NCBI GenBank assembly: GCA_950097015.1
Contig: CATNEN010000031.1
Span: forward strand, 1,922,001-1,986,000
DNA from: Macrostomum hystrix
Taxonomy: Eukaryota > Animalia > Platyhelminthes
Length of the DNA stretch: 64,000 nt
Reading direction: 5' to 3'
Positions 36,677-46,492 of the stretch are shown in pieces. Position numbers and translations under genes: made by a program. The notes beneath the pieces were generated by a model. That model was not told the origin of the DNA and ran no database searches. It saw nothing but the letters and a program-made list of their open reading frames with translations. Position 1 is the first letter of the stretch; each line of letters starts with the position of its first letter.

Positions 36677-37447
36677 CCCATGGGATTCGAACCCCTGTTA
36701 GACTCATCCCAATGGAACTCAAAACCCTGTTAGACTCATCCCATGGGATTTGAACCCCTGTTAGACTCATCCCATGGGATTTGAACCCCTGTTAGACTCA
36801 TCCCAATGGGATTTGAACCCCTGTTAGACTCATCCCATTGGGTTTTGAACCCCTGTTAGACTCATCCCATTGGGTTTTGAACCCCTGTTAGACTCATCCC
36901 ATGGGATTTGAACCCCTGTTAGACTCATCCCATTGGGTTTTGAACCCCTGTTAGACTCATCCCATGGGATTTGAACCCCTGTTAGACTCATCCCATTGGG
37001 TTTTGAACCCCTGTAAGACTCATCCCATGGGATTTGAACCCCTGTTAGACTCATCCCATGGGATTCGAAGCCCTGTTAGACTCATCCCATGGGATTTTAA
37101 CCCCTGTTAGACTCATCCCAATGGGATTTGAACCCCTGTTAGACTCATCCCATTGGGTTTTGAACCCCTGTTAGACTCATCCCATTGGGTTTTGAACCCC
37201 TGTTAGACTCATCCCATGGGATTTGAACCCCTGTTAGACTCATCCCATGGGATTTGAACCCCTGTTAGACTCATCCCAATGGGATTTGAACCCCTGTTAG
37301 ACTCATCCCATGGGTTTTGAACCCCTGTTAGACTCATCCCATGGGATTTGAACCCCTGTTAGACTCATCCCATTGGGTTTTGAACCCCTGTTAGACTCAT
37401 CCCATGGGATTTGAACCCCTGTTAGACTCATCCCAATGGGATTCGAA
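36677..37447. repeat. Minisatellite, 31/32-bp unit GGGATTTGAACCCCTGTTAGACTCATCCCAT, ~25 copies, starting just inside the intron after the 37458 donor
   Basis: Tandem periodicity. Confidence 0.97.
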
Positions 37448-37458
37448 GCCCAGCTCAC

Positions 37459-37874
37459 CCCTGGCGCAGGTGGGTTCCACTGTGATGCACTTCTTCCTGT
37501 AGTACTTGGTGCAGGCCAGCGAGTTGAAGCAGTCCAGCTTGCAGCAGGAGACGCCAAGGCCAGCTGTAGAGTGTAAAATAATTTACGATTGCTTATAAGG
37601 CTAATAGATCAACTATACTACTTTAAGTAGGACGAAACTTTATAGCTCTTACTACAATGAGCCACTTACGCTTTTGGCACTTGTCCTCCTTCTGCCTCTG
37701 GCAGGCGAGGCATTTCGCGGCGTCGTAGGCGCAGTCGTGCACTCCCTCGCCAGTGAAGACCGGAGTTGTCAGCTCCTCGGTGTTGGTCATGTTGAACACT
37801 CGGGTTAGGAGGTCGGTGGTCTGGCCACAGTAGAAGGTGTTGCGTCGCGGCTCCATGTAGAAACCGATTTGGTC
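37459..37874 (-). CDS. Two Cys-rich exons (37874-37670, 37563-37459): DQIGFYMEPRRNTFYCGQ...GVHDCAYDAAKCLACQRQKEDKCQK|PGLGVSCCKLDCFNSLACTKYYRKKCITVEPTCAR
   Basis: Acceptors ATTCGTCAG|37874 and ACTCTACAG|37563; donors C|GTAAGT (37669) and G|GTGAGC (37458); phases 0-1-1 consistent with flanking exons. Confidence 0.87.
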
Positions 37875-37954
37875 CTGACGAATCCACAAAAGGAGGACAT
37901 GCTTTAGCAGATTAATTTTTTAATTATATGGCTATTTTCAATGATAGCTACTTA

Positions 37955-37987
37955 TCTAATACCTAAATCTGTGTATGTTTCTGCCTA

Positions 37988-38019
<32 letters not shown>

Positions 38020-39118
38020 CGTATGTTTCACGTTTTAAGCTGAATGCCTGGACCATTTTCAACCGGATTTGTTGAATTCGATTCGAAATTTTCAGCCGGT
38101 GGTGTGGCTTAAAATTGGTTGAATTCTGTTTATATTAAGACTTAAATTGACAGAAAACTGTATTTTTTGCAAAGTTCATTCAAGTTCAAACATGCTCGGC
38201 TGCTCTGGCTTGCTAAAAGTGTTCATTTCATTAGATTGCATCAGCAGTGCCCAAGTTCAATTTACTCTCTTACCCTCTTTTCTGCATAGGCTAAAAAATC
38301 CATGCGCATCAATGTGCGTGTGGACCTTTCCTGCCGGCCAAATGAATTGCCCAGTGCTAAATGTGCATATCGTGTGTATTTGTGGGTCCCGCTTACCCTG
38401 TCTGGCTGAATTATTCATTGCTAGCCTAGACGCACTAAAATGTACACTTCTTAGCTAGCTAGCAGTGAGAGATTCAAACATAAATATGCAGATTTTTGTG
38501 CCCTCACATCAACGGTCGGATAGCCAGCTGGTAGGCACTTAGGCTAGGTTAGGCTAGGATTCCCCGGCTCGAGTCCCCAGTGCGGCTGGCAAATTAATTG
38601 TCTTAATGGATGCCACCTGCTACTTTCAGTAACAGTCAGTGTGCTAAGTAACCGTTTTTCTTTTGTATGTTTCACGTATGTTTCACGTTTTTAAGCTGAA
38701 TGCTAAATGAGATTATCGCTTACATTTGCGATTGGCTGCTGCATTCAATACAGAAATTTCTGTATTGACAGGGTACAGTTTGTACAGGTACAAAGGCGAA
38801 TGTACAAATCAGGAGTACATATGCAACAGATATTGATTTAAAGGTATGAGAGCTGCATGGTTTGTTTCTTCAAATTTATTCACCCATCGCTTTGTCTATA
38901 AAAAGCATTTCGTATATCTGAACACTTTTATCGGATTTTTGTCTTCATTGTCTAAGCAAAGTAATGCCTAAGCGCAAGAGCTTTCTCCAAAAGAGACGCC
39001 AAGCGAAGCAGCATCGCCGTGCTGAAACAGACGATGAAAGAGAAGAGCGTCTTCGGAAGAATCGTGAGTATGCACGTAGGCGTCGAGAGGAGGAAAATGA
39101 ATCGAGTCGAGTGGCTCG
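37955..39118 (+). mobile_element. Helitron family A 5' segment with (TGTC)n and the start of a Rep/helicase-type ORF
   Basis: TCTAATACCTAAATC...(TGTC)n...TTTTCAACCGGATTT 5' architecture. ORF from ATG 38964 reads MPKRKSFLQKRRQAKQHRRAETDDEREERLRKNREYARRRREEENESSRVAR. Confidence 0.7.
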
Positions 39119-39131
39119 TCCACTATACTAA
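38964..39131 (+). pseudogene. Truncated N-terminus of a Helitron Rep/helicase-like protein (STPR-like ETxEERExRL repeat)
   Basis: 55-codon ORF with a basic/acidic helical motif RRAETDDEREERLRKNREYARRRR, of the kind found at the start of many Helitron proteins. It is cut by the next element at 39119. Confidence 0.55.
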
Positions 39132-39724
39132 AAATGAAATGGTTGGTTGGTTGGTTGGTTGGTTGGTTGTAATTGATTTTCTCCCGAACGGCTCAACCGA
39201 TTTTCACCATTTCTTCACCAACAGATGCTAAATATGGGGACAATTATACACATATTTTTATTAAGCCTTACTTTATTGCTAAGGGGATTAAATATTCGAA
39301 AAACATGATTTTTCAAAGGTCAAACCATCTTGGCCTATTGAGAATTTTACTCACTGCCACTGAATTAGAATTGCATCGTCAAATTGCGCAACAACCCCTA
39401 GCTGATTGAATTTGAAGCCTGCACTCTGGAGACAAATTGGAAATAAATGTACACAACCAACCGCGAGACTGAGTGTACTCTATTTTCTCACTTCATTGTA
39501 CAAAGCCAGAACTTTAAGAATTCATTTTATAAGGCTGATTTTTGCACCCACTAACCAACAGTCGGAATAGCCGATGTGTAGGCACTAGGAATAGGTTAGG
39601 CTAGGCTAGGGTTCGATTCTGAACTGCGTCAAATCATTTAGACAAATTTTCTGCCAGTAGTGATTGAAGATTATTTGAATTTATTTTTTTCATTTCGTTA
39701 ATAAAATATCATAAATCATAGCAC

Positions 39725-41190
39725 ACCAGAGTTTGAATCATGGCTGAACAAGAGTTTGAATCATGGCTAAACCAGAGTTTGAATCATGGCTGAACAAGAG
39801 TTTGAATCATGGCTAAACCAGAGTTTGAATCATGGCAAAAACAGCGTCTGAATCATGGCTAAACCAGAGCTTGAATCATGGCTAAACCAGAGTTTGAATC
39901 ATGGCTGAACCAGCGTTTGAATCATGGCTAAACCAGAGTTTGAATGAAGGCTAAACCCGAGTTTGAATCATGGCAAAACCAGAGTTTGAATCATGGCTAA
40001 ACCAGAGTTTGAATCATGGCTAAACCAGCGTTTGAATCATGGCTAAACCAGAGTTTGAATCATGGCTAAACTAGAGTTTGAATCATGGCTAAAACAGAGT
40101 TTAAATCATGGCAAAACCAGAGCTTGAATCATGGCAAAACCAGCGTTTGAATCATGGCTAAACCAGAGCTTGAATCATGGCTAAACCAGAGCTTGAATCA
40201 TGGCAAAATCAGAGTTTGAATCATGGCTAAACCAGAGTTTGAATCATGGCTAAACCAGAGTTTCAATCATGGCTAAACCAGAGCTTGAATCATGGCTAAA
40301 CCAGAGTTTAAATCATGGCTAAACCAGAGTTTGAATCATGGCAAAACCCGAGTTTCAATCATGGCTAAACCAGAGTTTGAATCATGGCTAAACCAGAGTT
40401 TGAATCATGGCTAAAACAGAGTTTGAATCATGGCAAAACCAGAGCTTGAATCATGGCTAAACCAGCGTTTGAATCATGGCTAAACCAGAGCTTGAATCAT
40501 GGCTAAACCAGAGTCTGAATCATGGCTAAACCAGAGTCTGAATCATGGCTAAACCAGAGTCTGAATCATGGCTAAACCAGAGTCTGAATCATGGCTAAAC
40601 CAGCGTCTGAATCATGGCTAAAGCAGAGTTTGAATCATGGCTAAACTAGAGTCTGAATCATGGCTAAACCAGAGTTTGAATCATGGCTAAACCAGAGTCT
40701 GAATCATGGCTAAACCAGCGTCTGAATCATGGCTAAAGCAGAGTTTGAATCATGGCTAAACTAGAGTCTGAATCATGGCTTAACCAGAGTTTGAATCATG
40801 GCTAAACCAGAGTTTGAATCATGGCTAAACCAGAGTTTGAATCATGGCTAAACCAGAGTTTGAATCTTGGCTAAACCAGCGTCTGAATCATGGCTAAAGC
40901 AGAGTTTGAATCATGGCTAAACTAGAGTCTGAATCATGGCTTAACCAGAGTTTGAATCTTGGCTAAACTAGCGTTTGAATCATGGCAAAACCAGAGTTTG
41001 AATCATTGCTAAACCAGAGTTTCAATCATGGCTAACCCAGCGTTTGAATCATGGCTAAACCAGAGCTTGAATCATGGCTAAACCAGAGTTTGAATCATGG
41101 CTAAAGCAGAGCTTGAATCATAGCCAACCAGAGTTTGAATCATAGTCAACCAGAGTCTGAATCATGGCAAAACGAGAGTTTGAATCATAG
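39725..41190. repeat. 23-bp satellite GGCTAAACCAGAGTTTGAATCAT (other arrays at ~43329-45215, 48113-48398, 50506-52185)
   Basis: Tandem periodicity inside each Helitron B copy. Confidence 0.97.
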
Positions 41191-41264
41191 CCCACCAGGG
41201 TTTAAAACAGGGCGAAATCTGAGTTTGAATCTTGGCTTACCCAGCGTTTGAAAAATCAACGTCA

Positions 41265-42610
41265 ACTGGGGAGTCATCATCAAAATGGGGATCATTGTAA
41301 ACTGGGGGATAATCGTCAACTGGGGGATCATGGTAAACTTGGGGATCATTGTCAACTGGGTGATCATCATCAACTGGGGATCATCATCAACTGGGGGATC
41401 ATCATCAACTGGGGGTTCATTGTCAACTGTGGGATCATTGTCAACCGGCGGGATCATTGTCAACTGGGGGATCATTGTCAACTGGGGGATCATTGTCAAC
41501 TGGGGGGTAATGGTCAACTAGGGGATAATTGTCAACTGGGGAATCATCATCAAATGGGGGATCATGGTCAACTTGGGGATCATTGTCAACTGGATGATCA
41601 TCATAAACTGGGGGATCATTGTCAATTGGGGGAACATTGTCAACTGGACGAACATTGTTAACTGGGGATCATCATCAATGGGGAGTCATCATCAACTGGG
41701 GGATCATTGTGAACTGGAGGATCTTTGTCAACTGGGGGATCATTGTCAACTGGGGTATCATTGTCAACTGGGAGATCATCATCAACGGGGGGATCATCAT
41801 CAAATGGGGGATCATTGTCAACTGTGGGATCATTGTCAACTGGGGGATCATTGTCAACTGGGAGATCATTGTCAACTGGGGGATTATTGTCAACTGGGGG
41901 TTCATTGTCAACTGGGGGATCATTGTCAACTGGGGGATCATCATCAACTGGGAGATCATCATCAACGGGGGGATCATTGTCAACTGGGGGATCATTGTCA
42001 ACGGGCGGGATCATTGTCAAGTGGGGAATCATTGTCAACTGGGGGATCATTGTCAACTGGGGGATCATTGTCAACTGGGTGATCATCATCAACTGGGGGA
42101 TCATTGTCAACTGGGGGAACATTGTCAACTGGAGGAACATTGTTAACTGGGGATCATCATCAATGGGGAGTCATCATCAACTGGGGGATCATTGTGAACT
42201 GGGGGATCTTTGTTAACTGGGGGATCATTGTGAACTGGGGGATCATTGTCAACTGGGGGATCATTGTCAACTGGGGGATCATTTTCAACTGGGGGATCAT
42301 CATCAACTGGGGGATCATCATCAACTGGGGGATCATTGTGAACTGGGGGATCATTGTCAACTGGGGGATCATTGTCAACTGTGGGATCATTGTCAACGGG
42401 CGGGATCATTGTCAACTGGGGGATCATTGTCAACTGGGGGATCATTGTCAACTGGGGGATCATTGTCAACTGGGGGATCATCATCAACTGGGGGATCATT
42501 GTCAACTGGGGGAACATTGTCAACTGGGGGTTCATTGTCAACTGGGGGATCATTGTCAACTGGGGGATAATTGTCAACTAGGGGATCATCATCAACTAGG
42601 GGATCATTGT
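41265..42610. repeat. 18-bp satellite ACTGGGGGATCATTGTCA (other arrays at ~45290-46400, 48398-49143, 52255-53587)
   Basis: Tandem periodicity. The unit is 6 codons long, which explains the many LGDHCQ/WGIIVN/TGGSLS/MIPQLT ORFs in the track. Confidence 0.97.
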
Positions 42611-42719
42611 TGCTATAAAAGTCTGTAAATTCAGCTGCTAAAAAGTATATACTAGACGAATTAAAAGTATTTCTGCTCCCCGAAGGGGGGCAAAACTTGC
42701 TAGTCCTACTATACTAAAT

Positions 42720-45700
42720 TCCACTATACTAAAAATGAAATGCTTGCTTGCTTGCTTGCTTGGTTGCTTGTAACTGATTTTCTCCCGAACGGCTCAACCG
42801 ATTTTCACCATTTCTTCACCAAAAGATGCCAAATATGGGGACAATTTTACACGTATTTTTATTAAGCTTAACTTTATTGCTAAAGGGATTAAATATTCGA
42901 AAAACATGATTTTTCAAAGGTCAAACCATCTTGGCCTATTGAGAATTTTACTCACTGCCACTGAATTAGAATTGCATCGTAAAATTGCGCAACAACCCCT
43001 AGCTGATTGAATTTGAAGCCTGCACTCTGGAGACAAATTTGAAATAAATGTACACAACCAACCGCGAGACTGAGTGTACTCTATTTTCTTACTTCATTGT
43101 ACAAAGCCAGAACTTTGAGAATTCATTTTATAAGGCAGTTTTTTGCACCCACTAACCAACAGTCGGAATAGCCGATGTGTTAGGCACTAGGAATAAGTTA
43201 GGCTAGGCTAGGGTTCGATTCTGCACTGCGTCAAATCATTTAGACTAATTTTCAGCCAGTAGTGATTGAAGATTATTTTCACTTATTTTTTTCATTTCGT
43301 AAATAAAATATCATAAATCATAGCACATCGGCTAAACCAGAGTTTGAATCATTGCTAAACCAGAGTCTGAATCATGGCTATACCAGAGTCTGAATCATAG
43401 CTAACCCAGAGTTTGAATCATGGCTAAACCAGAGTCTGAATCATGGCTAAACCAGAGTCTGAATCATGGCTAAACCAGAGTCTGAATCATGGCTAAACCA
43501 GAGTCTGAATCATGGCTAAACCAGAGTTTGAATCATGGCTAAACCAGAGTTTAAATCATGGCTAAACCAGAGTTAAAACCATGGCTAAACCAGAGTTTGA
43601 ATCATGGCTAAACCAGAGTCTGAATCATGGCTAAACCAGAGTTTGCATCATGGCTAAACCAGAGTTTGAATCATGGCTAAACCAGAGTCTGAATCATGGC
43701 TAAACCAGAGTCTGAATCATAGCTAAACCAGAGTCCGAATCATGGCTAAACCAGAGTTTGAATCATGGCTAAACCAGAGTCTGAATCATGGCTAAACCAG
43801 AGTCTGAATCATGGCTAAACCAGAGTTTGAATCATGGCTAAACCAGAGTCTGAATCATGGCTAAACCAGAGTCTGAATCATGGCTAAACCATAGTCTGAA
43901 TCATGGCTAAACCAGAGTCTGAATCATGGCTAAACCAGAGTTTCAATCATGGCTAAACCAGAGTCTGAATCATGGCTAAACCAGAGTCTGAATCATGGCT
44001 AAACCAGAGTCTGAATCATGGCTAAAGCAGAGTCCGAATCATGGCTAAACCAGAGTTTAAATCATGGCTAACCCAGAGTTTGAATCATGGCTAAACCAGA
44101 GTTTGAATCATGGCTAACCCAGAGTTTGAATCATGGCTAAACCAGAGTCTGAATCATGGCTAAACCAGAGTCTGAATCATGGCTAAACCAGCGTTTGAAT
44201 CATGGCTAAACCATAGTTTGAATCATGGCTAAACCAGAGTTAAAACCATGGCTAAACCAGAGTCTGAATCATAGCTAAACCAGAGTCTGAATCATGGCTA
44301 AACCAGAGTCCGAATCATGGCTAAACCAGAGTTTGAATCATGGCTAAACCAGAGTCTGAATCATAGCTAAACCAGAGTCTGAATCATGGCTAAACCAGAG
44401 TCTGAATCATGGCTAAACCAGAGTTTGAATCATGGCTAAATCAGAGTCTGAATCATGGCTAAACCAGAGTCTGAATCATAGCTAAACCAGAGTCTGAATC
44501 ATGGCTAAACCAGAGTCTGAATCATGGCTAAACCAGAGTTTGAACCATGGCTAAACCAGAGTTTGAATCATGGCTAAACCAGCGTCTGAATCATGGCTAA
44601 ACCAGAGTTTGAATCATGGCTAAACCAGAGTTTCAATCATGGCTAAACCAGCGTCTGAATCATATCTAAACCAGCGTCTGAATCATGGCTAAACCAGAGT
44701 TTGAATCATGGCTAAACCAGAGACTAAATCATGGCTAAACCATCATCATCAGCATGGCTAAACTAGAGTTTGAATCATGGCTAAACCATCATCATCAGCA
44801 TGGCTAAACTAGAGTTTGAATCATGGCTAAACCAGAGTTTGAATAATGGCTACACCAGAGTTTGAATCATGGCTAAACCAGAGTCTGAATCATGGCTAAA
44901 CCAGAGTTTGAATCATGGCTAAACCAGAGTTTGAATCATGGCTAAACCAGACTTTGAATCATAGCCAACCAGAGTTTGAATCTTGGCTAAACCAGAGTTT
45001 CAATCATGGCTAACCCAGCGTTTGAATCATGGCGAAACCAGAGTTTGAATCATGGCAAAAACCGAGTTTCAATCATGGCTAACCCAGCGTTTGAATCATG
45101 GCTAACCCAGAGTTTGAATCATAGCCAACCAGAGTTTGAATCTTGGCTAAACCAGAGTTTGAATAATAGCCAACCAGAGTCTGAATCATGGCAAAACGAG
45201 AGTTTGAATCATAGCCCACCAGGGTTTAAAACATGGCGAAACCTGAGTTTGAATCTTGGCTAACCCAGCGTTTGAAAAATCAACGTCAACTGGGGAGTCA
45301 TCATCAAAATGGGGATCATGGTGATCTGGGGGATCATGGTAAACTGGGGGATAATTGTCGACTGGGGGATCATTGTCAACTGGGGGTTCATTGTCAACTG
45401 GGGGATCATTGTCAACTGGGGGATCATTGTGAACTGAGAGATCATTGTCAACTGGGGGGTAATGGTCAACTGGGGGATAATTGTCAACTGGGGAATCATC
45501 ATCAACTGGGGATCATCATCAACTGGGGGATCATTGAGAACTGGGGGATCTTTGTCAACTGGGGGATCATTGTGAACTGGGGGATCTTTGTCAACTGGGG
45601 GATCATTGTATACTGTGGGATCATTGTCAACTGTGGGATCATTGTCAACTGGGGGATCATTTTCAACTGGGGGATCATCATCAACTGGGGGATCATTGTC

Positions 45701-46492
45701 AACTGGGGGATCATTGTCAACTGGGGGATCATTGTCAACTGGGGGATCATTGTGAACTGGGGGATCTTTGTCAACTGGGGGATCATTGTATACTGTGGGA
45801 TCATTGTCAACTGGGGGATCATTGTCAACTGGGGGATCATTTTCAACTGGGGGATCATCATCAACTGGGGGATCATTGTCAACTGGGGGATCATTGTCAA
45901 CTGGGGGATCATTGTCAACTGGGGGATCATTGTCAACTGGGTGATCATCATCAACTGGGGGATCATTGTCAACTGGGGGAACATTGTCAAATGGAGGAAC
46001 ATTGTTAACTGGGGATCATCATCAATGGGGAGACTTCATCAACTGGGGGATCATTGTGAACTGGGGGATCTTTGTTAACTGGGGGATCATTGTCAACTGG
46101 GGGATCATTGTCAACTGGGGGATCATTGTCAACTGGGGGATCATTTTCAACTGGGGGATCATCATCAACTGGGGGATCATCATCAACTGGGTGATCATTG
46201 TGAACTGGGGGATCTTTGTCAACTGGGGGATCATTGTCAACTGTGGGATCATTGTCAACTGCGGGATCATTGTCAAATGGGGGATCATTGTCAACTGGGG
46301 GATCGTTGTCAACTGGGGGTTCATTGTCAACTGGGGGTTCATTGTCAACTGGGGGATCATTGTCAACTGGGGGATCATTGTCAACTGGGGGTTCATTGTA
46401 GCTTTAAAAGGCTGTAAATTCAGCTGCTAAAAAGTATATACTAGACGAATTAAAAGTATTTCTGCTCCCCGAAGGGGGGCAAAACTTGCTAG
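42720..46492 (+). mobile_element. Non-autonomous Helitron family B, copy 2
   Basis: Same 5' end at 42720, same two satellites, hairpin plus CTAG at 46489-46492. Confidence 0.85.

Larger units (their letters stand above)
39119..42703 (+). mobile_element. Non-autonomous Helitron family B, copy 1 (5' unique ~600 bp + 23-bp satellite + 18-bp satellite + 3' hairpin/CTAG)
   Basis: 5' TCCACTATACTAAAAATGAAA(TGGT)n...AACGGCTCAACCGATTTT; 3' hairpin and CTAG at 42700-42703. Confidence 0.85.
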
